A DNA stretch of 64,000 bases from IMG/VR virus record IMGVR_UViG_3300010361_000013, positions 1,168 to 65,167 of that record; one strand, written 5' to 3'. Shown here one piece after another: positions 5,986 to 14,693 of this stretch. This DNA is from a virus. Lineage: Duplodnaviria > Caudoviricetes. Every line of letters begins with the position of its first letter. Position 1 is the stretch's first letter. Made by a program: the position numbers and the translations under genes. Under the pieces are notes generated by a model that saw only the letters and a program-made list of their open reading frames with translations, was not told the origin of the DNA and did not search any database.

Positions 5986-8609
5986 CGGCACTCAGCGCCC
6001 TCCCGATGGGTGGTCCGCCATCACCCGATCAGGACGACCAGCAGGCTCCTGACGACCAGGAGCAGGCGCAAGGGCCGCCTGAGCCAGAGGAACCTAGCGA
6101 CCTCCATAGCGGCAACGTCCTGCCGCTGCGTCCGCCGATGCCCGATCAGACCCTCTCCGATCCGCGTCTCGGGCAGGGCGAGCGCCGACCGTTGCTCAAG
6201 CCTGAGCATGTGCGCCGCTTCGCCCGCTGGATTGTACGAAAGAATATTGCCGACGAGATCGAGGACACTGACCGTCAGAAGTTGGCCGATCAGGCGAAGC
6301 GTGAGTACGAGCTGGACGAGGAGACGCGGGCGGACTGGAAGGAAAAGTACGAGCAATGGATGAACTTCGCGCTCCAGGTGGTTGAGCCGAAGACATATCC
6401 GTGGCCTGACGCTTCGAATATATGCTTCCCGCTGATCACCATCGCAGCGCTGCAATTCAACGCGCGGGCGTATCCGAGCATCGTGCAGGGACGGAACGTC
6501 GTGAAGGGCACGGTGATTGGCGACGATCGCGGTGTGCCGCTACTGGTGCCGCCGTCTCCGATGTCTGCTGGCGGGCAGCCTCCTCCCGGCACGCCAGGGA
6601 TGCCGGGGGCTGGGGGTGCTCCTGGCGGCATGGCCGGTCCCCTGCAAGGACCGCCGCCAGGAGGCCCTGGGTCGGTAGGACCGGGGGCGTTGCCGCCGCA
6701 AGGCCCTCCGATGGGTGGCGCTAGTCCTGGCCAGCTGATGAGTGGCGGGCCGCCGATGGGCGAGCAGTCAGTGGGGCCAGCGATGGGCGGCGCGCCGCAA
6801 CAGGCGACCAGCCCCGATGGGCGACCACTGTGGATCATGCCGCCGGGCGCCAAGCAGGCGCGTGCCGACAAGATCGGGCGCCACATGAGCTGGCAGTTGT
6901 TGTCTGAGATGCCCGAGTGGGAGGAGCAGACCGACCGGTTGCTGATCACGGTGGCCATCGCGGGCACCATGTTCCGCAAGAACTACTTCGAGCCGAAGCA
7001 GCGGCGGAATGTCTCGGAAATCGTCTCGGCGCTCAGATTGTGCGTCAATTACAAGGCCAAGAGCTTCGACGACGCGGGGCGCAAGACGGAGCTGATCGAC
7101 TTCTATCCGTGGGAAATTGAGTCGAACATCCGCAGCGGGTTGTGGCTGGATTACGGCGACGAAGGCTACGGCGAGAACCGGGACGTCACGCAGGACGAGC
7201 AGGCGCCGGTCACCTTCTGCGAGCAGCATCGTCGCTACGATCTCGACGGCGACGGCTACGAGGAGCCGCTGATCGTCACCTTCGCCCGTGACACCGGCAA
7301 GCTGGCCAGGATCACGGTTGGGTTCGATCAGGACTGCATCGAGGCGACAGACGATGGCGAGGTCGCCGAGATCAGGGCGATCGATTATTACACCAAATAC
7401 GGATTTATTCCTAACCCGGAGGGCGGGGCGTACGACCTCGGGTTCGGTAGTCTGATGTTCCCGATCAATGCGGCGGTGAACACGAGCATCAATCAGATGT
7501 TCGACGCGGGCCATCTGCAGATCGCGGGGGGTGGGTTTATTGGTGGGGGTGCGTCGATCAACGCGGGCAGCGTCCGGTTCATGACCGGCGAGTACAAGGT
7601 AGTGACCACGCAGGGGCGGACGCTGCGGGAGAACCTAGTGCCGCTCGAAATGCCCGGTCCTAACCCGGTGCTGTTTCAGTTGCTCCAGTTTCTCGTAGAG
7701 GCCGCGAAGGACATCGGCAGCATCCGCGAGGTGCTGCAGGGCGAGATACCGGGCGCTAACGTCCCTGGCATCCTTGGTCTTGCAGTCATTCAACAGGGTC
7801 TGAAGGTATTCAATGCCATCTTCAAGCGCATCCATCGGTCCCTCCGTCAGGACTTCGACAAGCTGTTCCGACTCAACCGGCTCTACCTCCCCGATGAGGC
7901 CGGGTTCCGCATCGGCAGCGAGTACTTTCAGATCACCCGCCTCGACTACATGCGCGGCAGTGGCGCCGAGCCGGTCAGCGACCCGGATATGGTCACGGAT
8001 ACTCAGCAGATGGCTCAAGCGAATTTCCTGCTGCAGTTCGCCTCCGACCCGTTCTTCGACGGGAGAGAAATCCGCCTGAGGGCGATGCAGGCGGCGCAGG
8101 TGCAGCAGGTCGACAAGATCCTCGCCGCGCAGTCGCCGCCCAACGCCGCGATGGTGCAGGCGGCGGCGCAATTGCAATTGTCCAGGGAGCAAGTCGACAT
8201 TGCCGCCAAGATGGCGGACCTGCGCAACAAGGAGCTGGACATCCGCTTCGCCCACGAGCAGGCGGACATCCTGATCAGGCGCGGCAAGGACAAGGCCGAC
8301 GAGATCCAGAAGCTGTCGCAGGCGATTCTGAACCTAGCCAACGCCAGGAAGGCCGATACCGATGTCGACCAGGGCTGGTACGACATCCATCTCAGAGCGC
8401 TGAAACATCAGGTAGAGCTGCTCAATGCCCTTACACCTAACGCAGGAGCATCTGGCGAAGGTAACGGCGCCGCCGGAGGAAATGGTGGAGGCCCGCCGCC
8501 AGGGCTTGCTGGATCTGTCGCCGATGGCCTTCAATCTTTGGCTCCGGGGGGCGGTAACGTCCCAGGTTCTCCAATGGCTGGAGGATTACCGGGACAGCCT
8601 GCTCCGTGA
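5979..8609 (+). CDS. Portal protein
   Basis: 876 aa after terL; KTYPWPDASN, GTMFRKNYF, GLGFGSL-like and QQGLKVFNAIFKRIHRSL motifs of podovirus-type portals. Confidence 0.9.
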   Translation: MSAALSALPMGGPPSPDQDDQQAPDDQEQAQGPPEPEEPSDLHSGNVLPLRPPMPDQTLSDPRLGQGERRPLLKPEHVRRFARWIVRKNIADEIEDTDRQKLADQAKREYELDEETRADWKEKYEQWMNFALQVVEPKTYPWPDASNICFPLITIAALQFNARAYPSIVQGRNVVKGTVIGDDRGVPLLVPPSPMSAGGQPPPGTPGMPGAGGAPGGMAGPLQGPPPGGPGSVGPGALPPQGPPMGGASPGQLMSGGPPMGEQSVGPAMGGAPQQATSPDGRPLWIMPPGAKQARADKIGRHMSWQLLSEMPEWEEQTDRLLITVAIAGTMFRKNYFEPKQRRNVSEIVSALRLCVNYKAKSFDDAGRKTELIDFYPWEIESNIRSGLWLDYGDEGYGENRDVTQDEQAPVTFCEQHRRYDLDGDGYEEPLIVTFARDTGKLARITVGFDQDCIEATDDGEVAEIRAIDYYTKYGFIPNPEGGAYDLGFGSLMFPINAAVNTSINQMFDAGHLQIAGGGFIGGGASINAGSVRFMTGEYKVVTTQGRTLRENLVPLEMPGPNPVLFQLLQFLVEAAKDIGSIREVLQGEIPGANVPGILGLAVIQQGLKVFNAIFKRIHRSLRQDFDKLFRLNRLYLPDEAGFRIGSEYFQITRLDYMRGSGAEPVSDPDMVTDTQQMAQANFLLQFASDPFFDGREIRLRAMQAAQVQQVDKILAAQSPPNAAMVQAAAQLQLSREQVDIAAKMADLRNKELDIRFAHEQADILIRRGKDKADEIQKLSQAILNLANARKADTDVDQGWYDIHLRALKHQVELLNALTPNAGASGEGNGAAGGNGGGPPPGLAGSVADGLQSLAPGGGNVPGSPMAGGLPGQPAP

Positions 8610-8766
8610 TGCGCTCAGAGCGTTCCTGGCGGGCGAGATGGACCAGATGATGCTGGCGGAATTCCGTGGTCGGGCGCTGATGTGCAGCGAACTGTGTGTG
8701 CTGCGACTGCCTGACATCTTCCGATGGTACGGGATCGAGGAGCCGACACGAGAGGAGAGCGTGTGA
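8425..8766 (+). CDS. Conserved-type hypothetical protein overlapping the portal 3' end
   Basis: AFNLWLRGAVTSQVLQWLEDYRDSL pattern of small post-portal genes; start uncertain. Confidence 0.55.
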   Translation: MPLHLTQEHLAKVTAPPEEMVEARRQGLLDLSPMAFNLWLRGAVTSQVLQWLEDYRDSLLRDALRAFLAGEMDQMMLAEFRGRALMCSELCVLRLPDIFRWYGIEEPTREESV

Positions 8767-8918
8767 TGGCGGAGGACGAGCCGGTTGGTCCTGGTGGGAT
8801 CGAGCCATGGGAGCTGCTGACGGACAGTCAGAAGCTTGATGCGATCAAGATGCTGCTGGACCAGATCATCGACATGTTGCGCGGCACCGCAGGCGGTGGG
8901 CGCGGGCTGGGGCACTGA
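8766..8918 (+). CDS. Small hypothetical protein
   Basis: TGATG coupling with the upstream gene. Confidence 0.5.
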   Translation: MAEDEPVGPGGIEPWELLTDSQKLDAIKMLLDQIIDMLRGTAGGGRGLGH

Positions 8919-8919
8919 C

Positions 8920-9135
8920 ATGCTGGTAGCTGATTGCGAGGCGCTGCGACGCGACATAAAGCCGATCGCGGACCGGCTGCGTGTCATGGTGCGTCAGACC
9001 ACGAGCAGCGAGGCGGCTGCCAACGCGATGCTGGCTTTCCGCCATCTGGAGGATGCCTCGATGCGGTTAGGCAAGGCGATCCAGGCACTCGACGGAGGTA
9101 TGTCGGTTTATGACAAGACGCAGGTGCCAAACTAA
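8920..9135 (+). CDS. Small helical protein, possibly Acb2/Tad1-like nucleotide sponge
   Basis: AAANAMLAFRHLEDASMRLGKAIQALDGG; coupled to groES. Confidence 0.6.
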   Translation: MLVADCEALRRDIKPIADRLRVMVRQTTSSEAAANAMLAFRHLEDASMRLGKAIQALDGGMSVYDKTQVPN

Positions 9136-9533
9136 TGGCACTCACCGGGCGCATTCTCAGGACCGGCGACCAGCGCGACTACGTCATCGCCGAGTTCGAT
9201 GGCACCAACCGCAGCGGCATCATCCCTTTGGATGATAAGGTGCTCGTCCGAATGGATGTCCACGCCGAGGTCACGCGCGGCGGACTGCGGTTGCCCGACG
9301 ACATGCGGGAGCGGCAGACCATGGCGAGCGAGACTGGCGTCATCGTGGCGCTTGGCGAAGCGGCGTTCGAGCTGACCGACGAGGGCAGACGCTGGACCAC
9401 CCGCAAGCCCGCGCCCGGCGATCGGGTCATCCTGGAGCGCTACGCGGGGAAGGTTGTGCAGGGCGAAGACGGTGCGGAATACCGGCTGTGCAGCCAGAAG
9501 GCCGTGGGAGCGCTGTACGAACGAGCGGAATAA
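9135..9533 (+). CDS. groES: Co-chaperonin GroES-like protein
   Basis: PLDDKVLV..TRGGLRLPD..ETGVIVALGEAAF..PAPGDRVILERYAG. Confidence 0.85.
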   Translation: MALTGRILRTGDQRDYVIAEFDGTNRSGIIPLDDKVLVRMDVHAEVTRGGLRLPDDMRERQTMASETGVIVALGEAAFELTDEGRRWTTRKPAPGDRVILERYAGKVVQGEDGAEYRLCSQKAVGALYERAE

Positions 9534-9568
9534 AAACCGGCGCCCCACCCTATGAGACGCCGGCTTTC
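9534..9568. terminator. Possible intrinsic terminator hairpin
   Basis: aaaaa-ccggcgcc...gacgccgg-cttt after groES; U-tract stronger on the - strand. Confidence 0.35.
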
Positions 9569-9639
9569 GGAGACACAACCCCAACTGAACGCCCTAAGCG
9601 CCTGACCACGTTAGCGATAACGGGAGGGTGAGGCAAGGG

Positions 9640-10593
9640 ATGTCAGAGACAGACGAACAGTCTGCCGAACCGCAGGAACAGGAACCCGATCCTGGGCAGG
9701 TGGTGCTGGAGCAGCGCGCGCGCCGCATGGGCTGGCGCCCGCGTGAGGAGTTCGAGGGGCTGCCCGAGCGATGGCTGCCTCCAGATCAGTTCGTCGAGCG
9801 CGGCGAACAGTTGCTGCCCTTATTGCAGGAACGCAACCGGGCGGCGGATCGCACGATCCAAGATCTGCAGACCCAGGTGCGTCAGCAGGGTGCGCAGTTG
9901 CAGGAGATGCTGACCTCCACCCGGCGCGCCGAGGAGATGGGCTACCGCCGCGCCATGGCCGAGCTGAACGAGAAGCGCGACAGAGCGGTCGAGACGGGCG
10001 ATACGGTGGCGTTCAGGGCGGTCGAGCAGGCCATGCGGGAGTTGGGGCCGCCACCGCCGCAGGCGCCTCAGCAACCGCCACAGGCTCCGCAACAGGGGCC
10101 GCAGGCCAACACCGATCCTGTCATTGCGGGCTGGGTGCAACGCAACGCGTGGTTCCGCAACGACCCGGTGGCGAACGTCGCGATGATCGCGGCGATGCAG
10201 CAGGCCGAGCGCGAGATGCCGACCAGTAGCGTCGAGGAGCATCTGGTGGCGGCAGAGCGGGTGATCCGCCGCCGGTTCCCGGAGCACTTCCCGCAGGTGC
10301 GCAGCACCAACGGGAGTGGACAGTACCAACAACCGCAGGAGCGCCGTCCGCTGCACATGCAGCAAGATCATGAGGAGGAGCCAGTGGCCCAACCGCCGCG
10401 CCGGGAGGCGCCCGTGTCCCGTTCGTCCGAGAGCGCGCCAACCCGCCGCCCTGGCCCACGCAGCTTCGAAGCGATGCCGCGCGATGTGCAGGCCCAGTTC
10501 GAGCGTCAGCGCAAAGCGCTGGAAGGCAAAGGCGATCCGCTTACCCGTGAAGAATTTGCGAGGTACTACTTTGAGCAGGAGCCTGAAGTCTGA
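9640..10593 (+). CDS. Capsid scaffolding protein
   Basis: ARRMGWRPREEF motif, coiled-coil, acidic/Pro-rich; lies between portal and capsid. Confidence 0.8.
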   Translation: MSETDEQSAEPQEQEPDPGQVVLEQRARRMGWRPREEFEGLPERWLPPDQFVERGEQLLPLLQERNRAADRTIQDLQTQVRQQGAQLQEMLTSTRRAEEMGYRRAMAELNEKRDRAVETGDTVAFRAVEQAMRELGPPPPQAPQQPPQAPQQGPQANTDPVIAGWVQRNAWFRNDPVANVAMIAAMQQAEREMPTSSVEEHLVAAERVIRRRFPEHFPQVRSTNGSGQYQQPQERRPLHMQQDHEEEPVAQPPRREAPVSRSSESAPTRRPGPRSFEAMPRDVQAQFERQRKALEGKGDPLTREEFARYYFEQEPEV

Positions 10594-11132
10594 TGGCCAT
10601 GCGATCGGGCAGGATGCCGCTCAACGAAGCCGCTGCCGCCGAGCAGCAGCGGCGCGAGGACGAGGTAGCGCGCCAGCTCAGCGGCGAGGCGGAACCGGAA
10701 TTCGACGCGGTCGATACGCTGCCCAGGCGCGAGCGCAAGCCGTTCGTGCGCAAGCCGTTCGGGAGTCAGCAGCAGAAGCTGGCGTATCCCGACCGCGAAG
10801 GCTTCCACCGGCATTGGTTCAACGACGTGCCGGGGCGCATCCGCGAGGCGCGCGAGGCGGGCTACGAACAGGTCCATGATGAGGACGGCAAGCCAGTGTC
10901 GATGGTGGTGGGTATCGGACGGGGTGGGCAGCCCCTGGTTGCATTTTTGATGGAGCAGCCGCAAAGTTGGCGGGATGAAGACGTGGCTGCCCAGGAAAAG
11001 GCAGTTCACGGTCTTCTGGCCCAGATCGGGCGCGGCGAGCATTCCAGGCCAGCAGGCACGGATGGCAACCTGCGCTACGCGGGGTCGACACGCGGCGACA
11101 TCAAGATCGAGACAGGAACTTCTCGACGTTGA
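10593..11132 (+). CDS. Conserved head-assembly region protein
   Basis: KL..PDREGFHRHWFNDVPGRI..A..AGYEQV motif; coupled to the scaffold gene. Confidence 0.7.
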   Translation: MAMRSGRMPLNEAAAAEQQRREDEVARQLSGEAEPEFDAVDTLPRRERKPFVRKPFGSQQQKLAYPDREGFHRHWFNDVPGRIREAREAGYEQVHDEDGKPVSMVVGIGRGGQPLVAFLMEQPQSWRDEDVAAQEKAVHGLLAQIGRGEHSRPAGTDGNLRYAGSTRGDIKIETGTSRR

Positions 11133-11310
11133 TGCGCCACCCGAAGGCGACGGGATAGGAACGCCCCGAGCCGGATCAAAAGCCACGCAGCGGCTAGGCA
11201 TCGCGCGCGCGTAGCTCAGAGCACATCCCTGTAACCGCTCACCTGAGCGCTGTGCGTCGCGGCTGGTTCCCGCGACCGCAGCGCGGAGGCGGGCCTGCGG
11301 AAGGCTAGCG

Positions 11311-11925
11311 ATGCCCAATGTAAATGCCCCTTTCGGGTTGCGCCCCTACAGCATGAAGAGTGGCGCGCCCTACAACGGCGCCGTACGCACATACTATGTG
11401 CCAGCGTCGAACCCCACCGCCCTCTACATCGGCGATCCGTTGGTCACGGTCACCAACAGCTCGGACGGCAACGGCATCCAAACGGTTGCCATTGCCACGG
11501 CAGGTGACAGCAACCTGATCCTCGGTGCCTTCCAGGGCATTACCAACAACGCGGGCACGACCGTGATCACGCTGCAGCAGACCCAGACACCCTATCTGGC
11601 GTCGGGTCAGGCAGCCTATGTCGTGGTCTCGGACGATCCGGATCTCTTGTACGCCGTGCAGGAGGACGGCTCTGGCGGGGCCTCGATGGTCTCTGGCGCT
11701 TCAGGCCGCAACGCCAACCTGCTGTCTGGCACCGGCAACACGTTCTCTGGCCAGTCAGGCTGGACCATGCAGACGGCGTCGCTGGCCACCACGGCGGCGC
11801 ACCAGCTGCACATCATTCAGCTGCTGCAGTCACCGCTCTCGGATAATGCAGTCGGCCAGTACGCCCGATGGTTGGTGAAGATCAACCAGGGAATCCACCC
11901 GTTCAACGTAGCGCTGGGCGTCTGA
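11311..11925 (+). CDS. Capsid decoration/cement protein
   Basis: MPNVNAPFGLRP..ALYIGDPLV..VVVSDDPDLLYAVQED; immediately upstream of the capsid gene. Confidence 0.7.
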   Translation: MPNVNAPFGLRPYSMKSGAPYNGAVRTYYVPASNPTALYIGDPLVTVTNSSDGNGIQTVAIATAGDSNLILGAFQGITNNAGTTVITLQQTQTPYLASGQAAYVVVSDDPDLLYAVQEDGSGGASMVSGASGRNANLLSGTGNTFSGQSGWTMQTASLATTAAHQLHIIQLLQSPLSDNAVGQYARWLVKINQGIHPFNVALGV

Positions 11926-12715
11926 GCCAGTCATCGGGATGCAGATCGTGCTTCGATTGGTTGCAGGGGGCGCAGGCCAAGCGAAGGTTGGCTCGATCGT
12001 TCGTGCCGCCCAAGGCGATCGGCAGGTAATGGTCAATGTGATAGCCACTGGCGATGTCGGCAGGGCAGTAGGCGCAGCGCCAGCCCTGAGCCTCGCCGAT
12101 CGCCTGAATGTCGGCGTAGGTGTGGGAGCCAGTCGCACCGCGCTCGCGGGCCTCACGGTTCCTCTCGCCAACCCGACGCTTCTGGGGGTTCGCCTTCGCC
12201 CAGGCTCTGGTCTTGGCGTTCAGGCGTTCCTTGTTCGCCTCTCGATGCTTCTTTCGGCGCACACGCACCTTGTCGCGATTCGCTTCGGTGTAGGCCTCGA
12301 CCATGGCGATGTACTTGCCGGGGTTCTTGGCGTAGCGCGCGCGAAGCTTCGCCGCATATTCAGGGCGCGAACGCTTAAGGCGGATGCATTCAACGCACGT
12401 CTTGTTGCCCGTTTCGCGTTCCGCAATATGGCCGTGAGTACAGGGGAAGCCTGTGAAGTAGCACGGCAAGCCTTGTGCGATGGCGTCCTTGCGGCTGATC
12501 ACTCGGTCAGGCTGCTGTGGCTTCGGTGCGACAGCGCGCTTCGCGGCACGGATGCCACTGCGCCGGTCTTCGGCGCGAGCGATTGTGCATTCGACGCAGG
12601 CGTAGGACGTGACGAATCGCTCCGCAATATGCCCTTGCGGACACGTCTCTCCAGAGAAATACCGGGTGAGGCCTTGCGCTTTCGCTTCGTGGCGCGAGAT
12701 GATCTGGCTAGCCAT
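11903..12715 (-). CDS. Free-standing HNH homing endonuclease, antisense to the capsid operon
   Basis: Two AxAxGLxxYFTGxxCxxGHIAER..CVEC modules; C-terminal CAYC..HIDHYLPIALGGTNDRANLRLACAPCNQSK. Confidence 0.9.
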   Translation of the reverse strand: MASQIISRHEAKAQGLTRYFSGETCPQGHIAERFVTSYACVECTIARAEDRRSGIRAAKRAVAPKPQQPDRVISRKDAIAQGLPCYFTGFPCTHGHIAERETGNKTCVECIRLKRSRPEYAAKLRARYAKNPGKYIAMVEAYTEANRDKVRVRRKKHREANKERLNAKTRAWAKANPQKRRVGERNREARERGATGSHTYADIQAIGEAQGWRCAYCPADIASGYHIDHYLPIALGGTNDRANLRLACAPCNQSKHDLHPDDWLRRPALR

Positions 12716-12871
12716 GACGGGCGGCTCCATCGCTCTGTCGGGTCAGGGCTGAGGCAGGCGTTACAGCGCCTCTTCAGCCCGTCGTTCTTCTACCCCATCA
12801 ACCCCGCCAAGGCAACAGGTATGACCTGCCTGCCTTCTGGCATGTCCTCACGCTAAGGAGGTCGGTGCAAA

Positions 12872-13777
12872 ATGGCAGTAATTACGACAGGGTCACATCC
12901 GAAGGCTTTGTGGCCTGGCGTCAAGGCCTTTTGGGGACGGAGTTACAACGAGCACCCAATCGAATACTTGGATTTATTTGACAGACAGACTAGTGACAAA
13001 GCTTACGAAGAGGAAGTGGAAATAACGGGCTTTGGCCTTGCCCCGGTCAAGCCGCAGGGCCAGCAGATCTTCTACGACATCGAGGTGCAGGGACCGGTGT
13101 CGCGCTTCACCCACGTCGCCTATGCGCTCGGCTACATCGTGACCTACGAGGAGTTGCGCGACGACCTCTACGAGGTGGTCAGCAAGCGGCGCGCGGCGCA
13201 GCTGGCGTTCTCGATGCGCCAGACCCAGGAAAACGTGCTGGCGGGCGTCTACAATCTCGGCTTCTCCGCCTCGGCGCTCGGAGCGGACGGACAGGCGCTT
13301 ATGTCGGCAAGTCACCCCTGCTTGGCGGGGCCTCAGTCCAACCTCGGGGTCGCAGCCGACATCAGCGAGGTGGCGATCGAGGATCTCGTGATCCAGGTGA
13401 TGCAGTGCCAGAACAACCGGGGCATGCGCATCTCGGCGCTGCCGATGTCGCTGCATGTGCCGCCGCAGCTCTGGTTCGAGGCCAACCGCATCTACAACTC
13501 GGTGCTGCAGAATGACACCGCCAACAACGCGATCAACGTGCTGCGCGCGGTCGGCACCTTCCCGCGCGGCATCAAGGTCAACCACTACTTTACATCGGCG
13601 ACTGCGTATTTCATCCGCACCAACATCCCGAACGGCCTCACATATTTCGAGCGAGATGCGATAACCTTTGATCAGGATAATGACTTTGACACCAAGAACG
13701 CGAAGGCTGCTTGCTATCAGCGTTATTCTGCCTACTGGGCCGATTGGCGTGGTATCTACGGAAATCAGGGGGTGTAG
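12872..13777 (+). CDS. Major capsid protein
   Basis: 301 aa; KALWPGVKAFWG, SDKAYEEEVEITGFGLAPVKPQG, DFDTKNAKAACYQRYS...WRGIYG. Confidence 0.9.
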   Translation: MAVITTGSHPKALWPGVKAFWGRSYNEHPIEYLDLFDRQTSDKAYEEEVEITGFGLAPVKPQGQQIFYDIEVQGPVSRFTHVAYALGYIVTYEELRDDLYEVVSKRRAAQLAFSMRQTQENVLAGVYNLGFSASALGADGQALMSASHPCLAGPQSNLGVAADISEVAIEDLVIQVMQCQNNRGMRISALPMSLHVPPQLWFEANRIYNSVLQNDTANNAINVLRAVGTFPRGIKVNHYFTSATAYFIRTNIPNGLTYFERDAITFDQDNDFDTKNAKAACYQRYSAYWADWRGIYGNQGV

Positions 13778-13894
13778 ATGGCCAAGAAGCCACCGCCCTT
13801 CATGAAGGGCAAGGACAAGGACAAAGGCAAGAAGGGCGGCAAGCACACCACCGCCCATCACGGCTCGAATCACCTGCCGAAGGGAAAGAAGTGA
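13778..13894 (+). CDS. Lys-rich 38-aa peptide
   Basis: MAKKPPPFMKGKDKDKGKKGGKH...; abuts the capsid stop and overlaps the next ATG. Confidence 0.55.
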   Translation: MAKKPPPFMKGKDKDKGKKGGKHTTAHHGSNHLPKGKK

Positions 13895-14115
13895 TGTCCG
13901 ACACGCATCGCGACCTCGCCGAGGGATCGCACGGCGACGACGTGCATATGCTCCAGCAGGCGCTGAACAAGGGCGGTTGGCTGAAGGAGGACGGGATGTT
14001 CGGCCCCGCCACCGCTGATGCGGTGAAGGCGTTCCAGCGCAGCAAGGGGCTGGTCGTGGACGGCATTGTCGGACCGCACACGGCGGACGCCCTGGCCGGG
14101 AAGCCTGCGGCCTAG
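13894..14115 (+). CDS. Stand-alone peptidoglycan-binding domain protein (PG_binding_1)
   Basis: GSHGDDVHMLQQALN..DGMFGPATADAVKAFQRSKGLVVDGIVGPHT. Confidence 0.85.
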   Translation: MSDTHRDLAEGSHGDDVHMLQQALNKGGWLKEDGMFGPATADAVKAFQRSKGLVVDGIVGPHTADALAGKPAA

Positions 14116-14681
14116 TGCGCTGCTTCCAGCAGGTTGGGCATGGGATCGACGTGCTGCCGCTGCTCCACCAGCTGCAGACGCAGCCCGAACTGTGGAACGC
14201 CGACCGGGTGCGCACCACGTATCCCGGCACGCCGCACGCGGAGGTCGACGACATCCTGCTGCGGTTCAACCCTCCCGGCACGTTCGAGGAGGTGGTCGAC
14301 AGCCGCGATTGCGTGAACTATCCCGCGTTCGGGCAGCTGGTGCATGCCCTGCCGATCATCACCGCCCTGATGGTTCGGGTGCAGGGCGAGCGGCTGGGGC
14401 GGGTCATCATCACCCGCCTGCCTGCGGGCGCTCAGATCGCGCCACACGCTGATGAGGGCGCCCCGGCGACCTACTACGAGCGCTACCAGCTGACGCTCCA
14501 GGCGCAGCCTGGGGTGGTCTTCCGGGCGGGTGACGAGCAGGTGTTCATGGAGCCTGGAACCATCTGGTGGTTCGACAACAAGCAGCGGCACTCGGTGGAG
14601 AATCACTCACCGGATGACCGCATCGCGATGATCATCGACATCCGACCGATCAAGCTTTCTGCCCCGCACTCTGTGCGCTGA
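14115..14681 (+). CDS. Aspartyl/asparaginyl beta-hydroxylase-like 2OG-Fe(II) oxygenase
   Basis: GRVIITRLPAGAQIAPHADEG..GTIWWFDNKQRHSVENHSPDDRIAMIID (HxD...H triad). Confidence 0.85.
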   Translation: MRCFQQVGHGIDVLPLLHQLQTQPELWNADRVRTTYPGTPHAEVDDILLRFNPPGTFEEVVDSRDCVNYPAFGQLVHALPIITALMVRVQGERLGRVIITRLPAGAQIAPHADEGAPATYYERYQLTLQAQPGVVFRAGDEQVFMEPGTIWWFDNKQRHSVENHSPDDRIAMIIDIRPIKLSAPHSVR

Positions 14682-14693
14682 AAGGACTGAACG

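Noticed and set aside
9135-9533. GroES without GroEL as a novelty
   Set aside because: Stand-alone GroES-like genes are common in phage head modules
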